Notes: a model not told the origin generated them from the sequence alone. A stretch of 20,320 nucleotides of DNA from Chthonomonadales bacterium (GCA_038217285.1 JBBQPO010000088.1:1-20320), one strand, 5' to 3'. Counted from the first letter of the stretch, positions 1 to 8,898 are shown. Translations and numbers: made by a program.

Positions 1-125
1 GAATTAATGGCAGGTTGGGTATAGCCCGTTCGCTGATCCAAAGCGCCATTAATTCCTGGCAAAACTTTCGGGAAATGCTTTTTGATCTCATTTGCCTGCG
101 ATGAGGCTCTGTTTGAAGGTTCCAT
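1..125 (-). CDS. 5' part of a hypothetical protein running off the left edge
   Basis: ATG at 125 (minus), 5 nt after the stop of the 131..517 gene, open to the edge: MEPSNRASSQANEIKKHFPKVLPGINGALDQRTGYTQPAIN. No motif recognised. Confidence 0.35.
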   Translation of the reverse strand, partial: MEPSNRASSQANEIKKHFPKVLPGINGALDQRTGYTQPAIN

Positions 126-130
126 TTAGT

Positions 131-517
131 CTAAACGTCAACTAAGAAATAGACATAAGCCTCCTCGGGCGATAGACTGAAACGCCGAATATGGGCTCGA
201 GTGAAGTCTATTTTGCCGTATCGTCGTCTTAATGCGTTCACCTGATTGGCATGAGGGCCGATTAGGCTTATATTCATCACAGAGAATTCTTCTGCGATTT
301 CAGGCGACATATCATTTATTAACGCTTGTAGACGCGAATACGCAGCGATAGACCCTTCTTTATCTACCAGTTTAGTGGCAATAAACAGACGCCATGTTTC
401 GTCCTCCGAGAGATATTGCCAGAAGGCGGCACTCATTGAGAAATCTTTCCTTTTAAGTTCCTCCAGCAAATTCCAGGCACCTTCCCTGTCAGTCTTTACC
501 AATACTGCTGTATCCAC
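131..517 (-). CDS. Conserved hypothetical protein of the family usually encoded directly after small HEPN genes (putative antitoxin / MNT-like partner)
   Basis: 128 aa, GTG start with GGAG upstream. Pattern MDTAVLV..D.EG...LLEEL....F...AAFWQYLSE.E.WRLFIAT.LVDKEG..AAY..LQ matches my recollection of this family. Its start overlaps the end of the upstream HEPN-like remnant. Confidence 0.65.
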   Translation of the reverse strand: MDTAVLVKTDREGAWNLLEELKRKDFSMSAAFWQYLSEDETWRLFIATKLVDKEGSIAAYSRLQALINDMSPEIAEEFSVMNISLIGPHANQVNALRRRYGKIDFTRAHIRRFSLSPEEAYVYFLVDV

Positions 518-614
518 GGTAACACTCCATCCTTTGTATCTGTTATCGCTATGATAAGCGTCTCAGCCTGAAGCTGGGTACATTTGCTAACTTTTGAAAA
601 TCGCTTCGATTCAT
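496..614 (-). pseudogene. HEPN-type gene remnant with a large frameshifting internal deletion
   Basis: ATG at 614 reads MNRSDFQKLANV and then soon stops. A different frame from about 579 reads TQLQAETLIIAITDTKDGVLPWIQQYW* to 496. These resemble the N- and C-termini of small HEPN proteins (MNRxDFQxLA...; ...AIxDxxxGVLxWIxxxW); the middle is missing. Confidence 0.65.
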
Positions 615-737
615 TCGATTCACTGTTCTTCATCCAAATCCTTCGAGTTATAGCTTTTCTGCCTGTATGTAAGTACACGTAGACGCTCAGTCCCATCACG
701 ACCGCCAACCGGGCTAGCACACCTAGTGATATTCAGG

Positions 738-2210
738 TCAGACGCCCTTTAGGAAGCGGATGGCTTCTTTTTCATAGGTGTTGAAGGGATTTTTCAGGTC
801 GAGTTGGCGGTTGCGTTCGATGTAGACGGCGTCCCAGTCGATGACGTAGCGCGTGCCCTGTTTGGCGAGAAGCTGGGAGACGATGTAGCCCCGGCCCAGA
901 GCGCGGGTGTTCTGGGGCGGGATGGTGATGGCTGCCTCCACCTCGGCGTCTGTGACGAGGCGGCGCATCGCTCCGGCGGCTTCCAGGCCGTAGAACAGGC
1001 CGGCATTCGGATTGACGTTGTGGTACTCAAGGTCGAGGCTCTGCAGAATGTCGTCTTTCCAGGATACGCCCGTCTCCTCGATATACTGCTGATAGAGCAC
1101 CTTTTTGGCCGACCAGTCGAGGCGGTCGGCGGTGCTGAGCGGATCGGTTTCCAGATCGTCCAGAGTCCGCTCCCACTCCACCAGCACCATATCGGTCTGC
1201 GCGTCGCGGTGGCGCCGGTGGCGCTGGGCCGCTTCCAGGTAACGCCGCTGCAGGTCGATGGCCGAGATCGTCTTGCCGTTCCGCAGTCGCACGAGCCACT
1301 TCATCGTCGGGTCGCGGGAGACGGAGCGCAGCGTCTCCAGCGGGTCGGCCACTTCGACATCGGCGGGAACCGTTCCTTCCTCGATGAGGTCGAGCACCAG
1401 GCTCGTCGTGCCGACCTTGAGCATCGCGGCGTACTCGCTCATGTTACTCTCGCCGAACAGGATATGCAGCCGGTGCAGATTGCTGTAGGAGTAATAAGAA
1501 TCCCACTTGGGATTGATGATGGCGCGGTTGAAACGGACACGGCTGGAGATCGTCTTCACGATATGGTCGGCGCGCTGCGAGAGCTGGAAATCGACCGTGT
1601 TGTCGATCTCCACGCCATAGAAGTTGGAGACCCAGACGTAGTCCACCTCATGTTCGCCGAGCGTCATGATGTTGTTTTTGCTGCTGGGCCGGGCCAGACG
1701 GTGGCCGCCGACGCGCCCGATCCCGGCATAGATCTGGCGGGTGACCAGAAACGGCAGCAGGAAGGAGAGCGCGTCGGTAAAGAACTTGTCTTCGATCTGA
1801 ACCAGGTAGTTCTCATGGCAGCCGAAGGTGTGGCCGCCGAAATGGTCGATGCTGTTGTTGTGGAAACTGACCGCATCGTCGAGTCCGAGTTCGGACACCA
1901 GTTGGGCGAGCAGCATGCGGCCGGCCCGGTCGTGGCGCACAAGATCCAGCAGGTCGCAGCACTCGGCCGTGGCGTACTCCTCATGGCTGCCGACGGCATC
2001 GATGTAGAGACGCCCGCCGTTTTTCAGGAAGCCACCCGCCCGTGCCGGTTCAAACGCGTAATCACGCGCATGCAGGTCGATCACGCCCAGCTTGCGATCA
2101 TAGAAAGCGTAGTCTTTGACGCGCTCGACAACCTCCTCCGCCGTCCCGACCGAAGGGTCACGCACCATACAGCCAAATTCCGTCTCAATCCCGTAGATAC
2201 GTCTTTCCAT
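738..2210 (-). CDS. pafA: Pup/UBact-protein ligase (PafA family)
   Basis: 490 aa. Motifs RRIYGIETEFG, FLKNGGRLYIDAVGSHEEYATAEC, GCHENYL, FQLSQRADH, RLHILFGESNMSE, LKVGTT, LDWSAK, DLEYHN, PPQNTRA, IDW. Lacks the Dop-type DHxHPEY motif. Confidence 0.9.
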   Translation of the reverse strand: MERRIYGIETEFGCMVRDPSVGTAEEVVERVKDYAFYDRKLGVIDLHARDYAFEPARAGGFLKNGGRLYIDAVGSHEEYATAECCDLLDLVRHDRAGRMLLAQLVSELGLDDAVSFHNNSIDHFGGHTFGCHENYLVQIEDKFFTDALSFLLPFLVTRQIYAGIGRVGGHRLARPSSKNNIMTLGEHEVDYVWVSNFYGVEIDNTVDFQLSQRADHIVKTISSRVRFNRAIINPKWDSYYSYSNLHRLHILFGESNMSEYAAMLKVGTTSLVLDLIEEGTVPADVEVADPLETLRSVSRDPTMKWLVRLRNGKTISAIDLQRRYLEAAQRHRRHRDAQTDMVLVEWERTLDDLETDPLSTADRLDWSAKKVLYQQYIEETGVSWKDDILQSLDLEYHNVNPNAGLFYGLEAAGAMRRLVTDAEVEAAITIPPQNTRALGRGYIVSQLLAKQGTRYVIDWDAVYIERNRQLDLKNPFNTYEKEAIRFLKGV

Positions 2211-2563
2211 CAGTAATTGGCCTCTATTCCGTTTGACCGCCTATCCCGACGTGGGGAGCCGTCTGATATGATTCTACTTCGGCGCATCCCCTTTCCGTTC
2301 CTCCTAAACGATCTGAACTATCCTGGGAACATTTGCGTACCTCGGTCCGACTATTACTTGAGAGACGGGTTCGATAGTGTGTTCTGACTGCATTCTATTT
2401 TTGCTGCCCCGAACACAGTCTTTCTATCCCCCTCCCACCGTTTATTATCATCAACCTATTGGGTACCCGACGATGTCGCTTCTCTCTCTAATATATGGAG
2501 GGTACGATGCAGGTGCGTTCGGGACCGCGTAACACACAGTAATGGTTTCCCGGAGGATATGTT

Positions 2564-3517
2564 ATGGCTACCGCAATTCTTTCACGCGTTATGGTGCTCT
2601 CCGCCTGCGTCGGCCTCCTGGCCGGAGCGCAGTCCGCCCAGGCAGGCGAAAGCATGCCGCCCGGCGCTTTTCTGCATCAGCCTGCTCCCGATATCGCCAC
2701 GCTGAACCGTCAGATCGCAAAAAACCCGTTGGTCGCCGAGCGCTATGCGCGACTTTACAATATATCCCCCGAGATGGTGCGCAGCGCCTTCTCTAAAATG
2801 CACCTCAGCACGCTGGCCGAAGATCATATCTACGAAGTGCATTACGTACACCCAGGCGAACGAATCGGTTACAAGGTTCGCCGCGTCCGCAAAGGGACGG
2901 CGATCTACCGGATGCCGGACGGCACCCCGGCGCTTGTCCGCGTCTGCGGCAACCCGATCCGCGCCACCCAGCCGAAAGCGGTACGCGGCGCATTCCGCCG
3001 TGCTCCTGAACTCGGTCAGCCCGAAAGCACCCTCGACTTTCAGCCTTACGAGCCCTTAGACGCGTCCATGACTCCCTCCCCTGTTCCGGCCGAAGGGTTG
3101 CGAGAAGGGGAGTTTTCCAGCGAGTTCGTCGAATCACCGGGTCTGGCGGGACCGATGGAGATACCGGTCGATCTCGGGCCTGTCGCCGCAGCCGCGACCG
3201 CCGTCCATACCGTCAGCGCTTTTGCCAACGCCGTGCCGATCCTGGGTGCCCTCGGCGCGTTGGGGGGCCTTGGCGCCCTGGCTTCTGGCTCCGGCGGTGG
3301 CACACCCGGCGGCATCGTCCCGATCATCCCTCCGATCACAAACCCGGGCGGCGGTCCGCCTGTCATCGTTGTACCGCCCACGACCGGCGGCGGAGGCGTC
3401 GGTCCGACCATACCAAGTACGACCCCGGAACCTAATGCGGTCTTTCTCGCTCTCGCACTGCTCTCGTCCGGCGGTGTCAGCCTGATTCGCCACCGCCGCA
3501 AAGCGAAACGAGCCTGA
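2564..3517 (+). CDS. Secreted PEP-CTERM sorting-domain protein with a DUF6777-like N-terminal domain
   Basis: 317 aa, GGAGG RBS, signal peptide ending AQA. Motif KGTAIYRMPDGTPALVRVCGNPI, Gly/Pro/Thr-rich linker, and C-terminal TPEP + hydrophobic helix + RHRRKAKRA. Confidence 0.85.
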   Translation: MATAILSRVMVLSACVGLLAGAQSAQAGESMPPGAFLHQPAPDIATLNRQIAKNPLVAERYARLYNISPEMVRSAFSKMHLSTLAEDHIYEVHYVHPGERIGYKVRRVRKGTAIYRMPDGTPALVRVCGNPIRATQPKAVRGAFRRAPELGQPESTLDFQPYEPLDASMTPSPVPAEGLREGEFSSEFVESPGLAGPMEIPVDLGPVAAAATAVHTVSAFANAVPILGALGALGGLGALASGSGGGTPGGIVPIIPPITNPGGGPPVIVVPPTTGGGGVGPTIPSTTPEPNAVFLALALLSSGGVSLIRHRRKAKRA

Positions 3518-3539
3518 CATAGCCTTCCGGTCAGTCAGG

Positions 3540-3571
3540 GAAAAGCCGAAGCAGTGTTGCTTCGGCTTTTC
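3540..3571. terminator. Bidirectional intrinsic terminator between the convergent PEP-CTERM gene and prcA
   Basis: Perfect inverted repeat GAAAAGCCGAAGCA-gtgt-TGCTTCGGCTTTTC with T tracts available on both strands. Confidence 0.85.
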
Positions 3572-3598
3572 TTATTCTTTCATTGCTTGGTATCGGGT

Positions 3599-4393
3599 TC
3601 AGGCGTGACCTTGGACCAGAGCCGCGAGTTCAGAGGGCGTAAGCAGGCGGAAACGGCTGTCGCGACTGCCGCGCCGCTCCAACAGCCCCACCTCCAGCTT
3701 GCCGGTCTTCAGTTCGTCCCGCAGAAAGACCGAGTCGGCTTCCGATTCATCGATGTCGCGCAGCGGGTTGTGCTCGTCGTTGTCGTCCCGCCCGATAGCA
3801 AGGCGGCGTTTGATCGCCTCTCGCGCTCCTATCGACCAGGCGGAGAGCGCCTTCTGCAGCGCCTCTTCCCGCGAAAAGGCCGGATTCGGCTCTCCGATCC
3901 GCTCCAGCATCGCGTCCTCCGCACCCTGTGTCCCCGCGATGACCGCGACTCCCGTATGCTGACGGAACTCCCCATCGTAGTTCAGGGTGAAAAAGGTGTC
4001 GCCGCCCGGATGACGACCAAGCTCGGCGAAGAGGGCACGTATGACGAACGGAGCCGCGAACTGCTCTCCGAACGCCTTCTTCAGGGCCGGACTGAGGGAG
4101 AATCCGACCAGACGCTGCACCGAGACATCGTCCGGACTGCGCTCAAACCCCTCCTGGTGCATCATCTGAATGGAGGCCAGACGGATATTCTCAATGTCGG
4201 CCTGGCGGCCGATGGCAGAGAACATCTGTCGATCATAGATCTCATAGATCTTGCGCTGACTGCGCTGCACCGACAGCAGGACAATACCGCCGTCGTAGGC
4301 GATCCCGACGGCAGGGCTGCCCCCTCGGAGCGCCTCTTCGACGAACTCCTTGCGGTGGCCCATCGCCTCGTTGAAGTCAAAAGGACTATACAT
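3599..4393 (-). CDS. prcA: 20S proteasome alpha subunit
   Basis: 264 aa. MYSPFD...RKEFVEEALRGGSPAVG, RKIYEIYDR, AIGRQADIENIR, GFERSPDDVS, LEVGLLER...RFRLL, all of the bacterial PrcA type. Directly follows prcB. Confidence 0.92.
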   Translation of the reverse strand: MYSPFDFNEAMGHRKEFVEEALRGGSPAVGIAYDGGIVLLSVQRSQRKIYEIYDRQMFSAIGRQADIENIRLASIQMMHQEGFERSPDDVSVQRLVGFSLSPALKKAFGEQFAAPFVIRALFAELGRHPGGDTFFTLNYDGEFRQHTGVAVIAGTQGAEDAMLERIGEPNPAFSREEALQKALSAWSIGAREAIKRRLAIGRDDNDEHNPLRDIDESEADSVFLRDELKTGKLEVGLLERRGSRDSRFRLLTPSELAALVQGHA

Positions 4394-4414
4394 GAATTTG
4401 CTCTCTATCCGACG

Positions 4415-5254
4415 TTAGCGCCGGGGGGCGATTCGTTCGCCGCCCTCGCGATCGATGTCCGCTACGAGGCGGCGCAGCTCTTCTTCCGGCACATCCTCGA
4501 TCCCGTTCTCCGTGATGGTGGTCGCCAGTGGCAGCACTTTCGCCCAGCCTCCGGTCGCGGCGTCCAGGTCCGCGGCGATGTCGAGGAGCAGCAGGGCCTC
4601 CTTCAACGCCTCTTCCCGGTTCATGGAGTGGAACGGCTTCTTGGTCTTGACGATGTAGTCGAAGACGCCGCGTATCTGCATCGAGCCGCTTCCGGCCGCG
4701 CCGAACTCTGCACTCTCGAAGCGCGCGCCCATGCCGTCGTAGAAGAAGATGCGGCCCTCGTTGCTCTCACGGTCGAAGGTCGTCAGGATCGGGATGAAGC
4801 CGCCGATGCCCTGAAGTGCGTCCGGAATCCCGGCCCGCACCACTTTCGCCAGTTCGGCCAGTTTTCCGTCCAGGCTCATGGACTGGAGATAGGTGCGCTC
4901 GAACAGCTTGAACGTCGTCCGCAGGTAGCGCACCGCTTCCATGGCGCGTGCGAACGAGCCGGAGATGGCGAGCAGCGTATAGTCGTCGATCGGCAGGACC
5001 TTTTCGGACTTGTCGAACATGACGGCGAAATTCGCCGTCGCCCGCCGGTCACCGACGTTGATCACACCCTTGTCGTACTTGACCGCGATGACGGTCGTGC
5101 CGTGTGTATCCACCACTCCCGCTCCGGCCCCTATCCCGCGTCCCGTGTGGCTGTCGTTGGGACGGGGAAAAGACATAGGGGTAGCTTCGGGTCGTGTGAG
5201 GGGATGCCCGCGCTTTTCCAGCAGGCTCCACAGATCACCCGCAACCTCAATCAT
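4415..5254 (-). CDS. prcB: 20S proteasome beta subunit with an approximately 52-aa propeptide
   Basis: ATG at 5254 with GGAG RBS preferred over GTG at 5278. Autocleavage site HG/TT (Thr1 codon 5098-5096). Asp17 (GDRRAT) and Lys33 in correct register; GSGS and DLDAATGG motifs present. Confidence 0.95.
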   Translation of the reverse strand: MIEVAGDLWSLLEKRGHPLTRPEATPMSFPRPNDSHTGRGIGAGAGVVDTHGTTVIAVKYDKGVINVGDRRATANFAVMFDKSEKVLPIDDYTLLAISGSFARAMEAVRYLRTTFKLFERTYLQSMSLDGKLAELAKVVRAGIPDALQGIGGFIPILTTFDRESNEGRIFFYDGMGARFESAEFGAAGSGSMQIRGVFDYIVKTKKPFHSMNREEALKEALLLLDIAADLDAATGGWAKVLPLATTITENGIEDVPEEELRRLVADIDREGGERIAPRR

Positions 5255-5293
5255 ATCGTCACTCCGTTGCCTCGTCACGAGGCGATTCTTTGA

Positions 5294-5482
5294 TTATTGA
5301 CCGCTGCGCTGGCGGTAGCGGCGCGCGGCGTCCGGATCGACCCGCTTCATGCGTTTGAGCAGATCGCTGGTATCGGGCCGCTTGACATCGGGCTTGCCGG
5401 GACCATCACCGTCGCCGCTTTTGCGCAGCGGATCGGCAGGGGTGGTCGGCATCTGGCGTCGCTCTTCTCCTTGGAAGATCAT
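5294..5482 (-). CDS. ubact: Ubiquitin-like protein modifier UBact (Pup analogue)
   Basis: 62 aa from ATG 5482 behind AAGGAG: MIFQGEERRQ...DLLKRMKRVDPDAARRYRQRSGQ. The C-terminal R[ST]G[EQ] is the UBact signature. Sits between dop and prcB. Confidence 0.92.
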   Translation of the reverse strand: MIFQGEERRQMPTTPADPLRKSGDGDGPGKPDVKRPDTSDLLKRMKRVDPDAARRYRQRSGQ

Positions 5483-5511
5483 GGTCGTTGCTCCTTTTGG
5501 GTATCGATGCA

Positions 5512-7029
5512 TCAAAGCCAGTCGCTCGGGCGGCGCTGAATGGCGGCGACAACCGCGTCCAGCGTCTCCAGGGAACCGAACTCCTCGTTGAGAACTTTCA
5601 CGTTCTCTTCGACAAGGGTATTCATATCGAACAGGAAATCCGCGCCGTTGTGTTTGAACGCGACTCCGTTCCAGCCGATGCTGCGCACCGCACCGCTGAA
5701 CCGCTCCACGAAGAGCCCTCGCAAGAAGGCCCGTGTGTCGGCGGGAGGGCAGGACATCGCGGCCTGCACATGGCCGTCGGTGACCAGGCGGCGCATCTCA
5801 CCGGCCTGCTCCAGTCCATAGTAGAGCCCCTGTTCAGGGTCGATGTTATGATAAGCCAGATCGAGGCTCTGCATATAGCTGTCGTTCCACTGCAGATCCT
5901 CTTCCTGCCGGAAGGCGTCGAGCAGTTTGAACTTTGCGACCCAGTCCAGACGGTCGGCCAGCAGCATCGGATCGGTCTCCAGTGCGTCGAGAACCGTCGC
6001 CCACTCGGTCAGGGTCCAGTCGGTGTCGTCGTCACGGCCTCGCAGCCGCCGCTCCGCCTCGTCCAGATAGATACGCTGCACTTCGACCGGCGTGAGCGCC
6101 GGTCCACCCTGCCGCTCCAGCAGCGTCTTCAGCGTGCGATCCCGCGACACCTTCTTGACGGCACGCACGGGGTCCAACAGTTTCACCGGCGCGGACAGCC
6201 CCTCTTCCAACAGCGACAGCACGAGACTGGTCGTGCCGACTTTTAGCGCCGTCGTATACTCGCTCATGTTGGCATCGCCGCAGATCACATGCAGTCGCCG
6301 GTAACGCCGGGCCGCCGCATGAGGCTCGTCCCGCGTGTTGACCAGCGGGCGATTGTGCAGAGTGTCCACGCTCGCCTCGACACTGAAGTAGTCGGCCCGC
6401 TGCGAGAGCTGAAAGGTGGTCGCGGAGGGCGCCGCGCCGTCGTTTTCAATGCCGCATTTGCCCGCGCCCGCATAGATCTGACGCGTCGCGAAAAAGGGCA
6501 GCAGCGTCTGGATCAGCGTCTCTGTGGGCACGTCGCGCTTCATCAGGTAGCCTTCGTGCGTCCCATAGCTCGCGCCGTGAAAGTCGGTGTTGTTCTTGTA
6601 GAGCGTCACCTCGAGTCCGCGCTGTTCGGCCCGCTTGTGGGCGGAGGCCAAGGCGATACGCTCCCCTGCTCTGTCGTGCGCGACCAGATCGCGCAGGCTG
6701 CGGCACTCGGGCGTGGCATACTCCGGGTGGCCGTGATCGTTGTACCACCGCGCTCCGTTGGTCAGCACCCGGTCGCTGCGCTCCTCTTCACGGCTCATGG
6801 AGTTGGTGCCGGGCGTATCGAACTGGGCGTCGTCGGGGTTGGTCGAGAGGGCATGCACTGTGAAACCCCGCATGTCCCTCCGCGGATCTTCGCCCCGGTA
6901 GTTCCAGCCGCCGACAGCCTTGCCGGGATGAGCGCGAACGACCGCGATGCTCTCCGCGATCCAGTCGTTCGCGCCCAGGCCCTCCACGACGATCCCATAT
7001 TCCGTTTCAATCCCAAATAACCGTGTCAT
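5512..7029 (-). CDS. dop: Pup/UBact deamidase-depupylase (Dop family)
   Basis: 505 aa. GIETEYG, Dop-loop-like WNYRGEDPRRDMRGF, VLTNGARWYNDHGHPEYATPEC, KNNTDFHGASYGTHEGY, NRPLVNTRDEPHA, RRLHVICGDANMSE. Confidence 0.92.
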   Translation of the reverse strand: MTRLFGIETEYGIVVEGLGANDWIAESIAVVRAHPGKAVGGWNYRGEDPRRDMRGFTVHALSTNPDDAQFDTPGTNSMSREEERSDRVLTNGARWYNDHGHPEYATPECRSLRDLVAHDRAGERIALASAHKRAEQRGLEVTLYKNNTDFHGASYGTHEGYLMKRDVPTETLIQTLLPFFATRQIYAGAGKCGIENDGAAPSATTFQLSQRADYFSVEASVDTLHNRPLVNTRDEPHAAARRYRRLHVICGDANMSEYTTALKVGTTSLVLSLLEEGLSAPVKLLDPVRAVKKVSRDRTLKTLLERQGGPALTPVEVQRIYLDEAERRLRGRDDDTDWTLTEWATVLDALETDPMLLADRLDWVAKFKLLDAFRQEEDLQWNDSYMQSLDLAYHNIDPEQGLYYGLEQAGEMRRLVTDGHVQAAMSCPPADTRAFLRGLFVERFSGAVRSIGWNGVAFKHNGADFLFDMNTLVEENVKVLNEEFGSLETLDAVVAAIQRRPSDWL

Positions 7030-7086
7030 AAGCGACCAAACAACTTTCGTCCTGGCAGGTTTTGTTGGCCGGGAGATTTTCAGGGT

Positions 7087-8898
7087 TTAGATGACGTTGC
7101 GGCGCGGGTTGGCGGCCTGCTTTTTGGCTTTGACCGGCTTCACCGTGGCGACATTGTCCGGCTCGTAGTCGAGCAGCTTCAGCCAGTCCTCAATCGAGTC
7201 GCCCTTGGGGAAGATCTCGTTCTCCTTAAACTCGACGCGAACCGCCTGTTTCAGGTCTTCGATATTGAGCCCTTCGATATCGGAGCGCTTCTCGATGCTG
7301 CGCTTGATGGCGAAGTCCTTGGCCCGCTCTACGACCGACTTGAGAAGCGCGCCGGAGACAAGGTCTTTCCAGTGCAGGATCTCCGTGCTGCCGTTGCGGA
7401 GATAGACCTCCAGGAACTCGGTGTCGTCGTCGCGGCGGAAGGTGTATTCGGTCGTCAGGTCGAGCAGTTCGTCCAGCGCACTGCACTCGTTGCCCTTGTG
7501 GTCGCGGATCAGAGTGGGATCGAGCGGCACATCGGACAGGTAGATCTTGTAGATGTCGCGGGAGGCGCGGCGATCCGGGCGCACGATCTTCACCTTGCGG
7601 TCGATGCGTTCCGGGCGCAGCACAGCCGGGTCGATGTAGTCCGGGCGGTTGGAGGTCAGCATCACGACAACGTTCTCCAGACTGACCAGGCCGTCCATCT
7701 CCGCGCAGAACTGCGGCACAAGCGTATTGGAGATGTTCATGTAGCGTCCGGAAGAGCGAGTGCGCAGCAGCGATTCGGCCTCATCGATGAAGATGAAGAC
7801 GAGATTGCCCTCCCGCGACCGTTCGCGGGCCTGTGCGAAGATATCGCGCACCATGCGCTCCGACTCGCCCAGCCACATATTCAGGATCTTGGGGCCGTTG
7901 ATGTACATGAAGTACTCTTTGACATCGAGGCCGGTGCGTTCGCGATACTCCTGCGTCAGGTTGTAGGCGGTGGCTTTGCCGATGAGGGTCTTGCCGCAAC
8001 CGGGAGGGCCGTAGAGCAGGATGCCTTTGAGCGGACGCTTGCCGAACCGCGCGAAAAGCTCCGGGTGCAGCAGCGGCAGTTCGATCGCGTCTTTGATAAC
8101 CCCGATGGCCTCTTCCTGGCCCCCGATCTTGTTCCAGGGCAGAATCGGCACCTCTTCGAGATAGTAGTCCATCGACTCTTTGGCGGAGAAATACTCCAGA
8201 GCACACTTGAAGTTCGGCTCCATGCGGACTTCGGAGCCTTGTTTCAGGGTCTCTTCGAGCAGTGGCTCGCCGCGATAGACGACCCGAGACGACATCCCCT
8301 GGGCGTCCATCGAGACGCGCAGCCGTCCATTCTCCAGCACTTCGGCTATCTTGACGATCGGGCCTTCGAGGGAGAAGCCGAGATCCCCGATGACGGCGAA
8401 CGCCTCGTTGACCTTGACCTGGGTGCCGACCTTGAACTCGGGGTTTTCCAGTTTGGGATCGACATTGGCGATATACTCTTTTTCACCCAGAGCGATGCGA
8501 ACGGTCTGCGGTGGCTTTTCCGGCTCCTGATCCAGGGGCTGCCCAAAGCGGCGGCGCGGTTTGGATCTCTTTTCGGGCTCGACCTTGCCGAGGAACACCC
8601 CGATGCTGTTGGCAGGCGATGTCAATTTGGCGTAGGCGTCTTCGAACTCGGCGATGGCTTTCTTGGCCTCGTCCATCATAGCCTCGTCGGTTTCGATCTG
8701 TTCGCGCAGGGCAGTAAGGTAGCCGAGACGCCCATCGTTGCGGGGCGTCATGCGAATAATTTCGTCAAGCAGCCACAAAGCCCGGAGTTGCATCTCCGAA
8801 GATGCAGATGGTCCGTCACCGGGCGGAAGGTTGTTATTATTGTCGCGGTCGCCGCCAAGGTCGTCGGCGTTGTCGCGTCGCTCACGGTCTCGTCGCAT
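7087..8898 (-). CDS. arc: Proteasome-associated AAA+ ATPase (ARC/Mpa family)
   Basis: 603 aa, AAGGAG RBS. N-terminal coiled coil ending KLTSPAN, OB-like region, Walker A GPPGCGKT, pore loop NMWLGE, Walker B FIFIDEAE, SNRPDYIDPAVLRPERID, DLVSGA. Confidence 0.93.
   Translation of the reverse strand: MRRDRERRDNADDLGGDRDNNNNLPPGDGPSASSEMQLRALWLLDEIIRMTPRNDGRLGYLTALREQIETDEAMMDEAKKAIAEFEDAYAKLTSPANSIGVFLGKVEPEKRSKPRRRFGQPLDQEPEKPPQTVRIALGEKEYIANVDPKLENPEFKVGTQVKVNEAFAVIGDLGFSLEGPIVKIAEVLENGRLRVSMDAQGMSSRVVYRGEPLLEETLKQGSEVRMEPNFKCALEYFSAKESMDYYLEEVPILPWNKIGGQEEAIGVIKDAIELPLLHPELFARFGKRPLKGILLYGPPGCGKTLIGKATAYNLTQEYRERTGLDVKEYFMYINGPKILNMWLGESERMVRDIFAQARERSREGNLVFIFIDEAESLLRTRSSGRYMNISNTLVPQFCAEMDGLVSLENVVVMLTSNRPDYIDPAVLRPERIDRKVKIVRPDRRASRDIYKIYLSDVPLDPTLIRDHKGNECSALDELLDLTTEYTFRRDDDTEFLEVYLRNGSTEILHWKDLVSGALLKSVVERAKDFAIKRSIEKRSDIEGLNIEDLKQAVRVEFKENEIFPKGDSIEDWLKLLDYEPDNVATVKPVKAKKQAANPRRNVI

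Noticed and set aside
496-720. 74-aa ORF as a real gene
   Set aside because: Only its last 27 aa look like the HEPN C-terminus; the true N-terminus is in another frame at 614.
2211-2563. Structured ncRNA in the pafA/PEP-CTERM intergenic region
   Set aside because: Only short inverted matches (GTGTTC/GAACAC); no recognisable RNA family.
5294-5515. Calling the modifier Pup, or starting it at 5515
   Set aside because: It ends RSGQ rather than GG[EQ], and the AAGGAG RBS points to ATG 5482.
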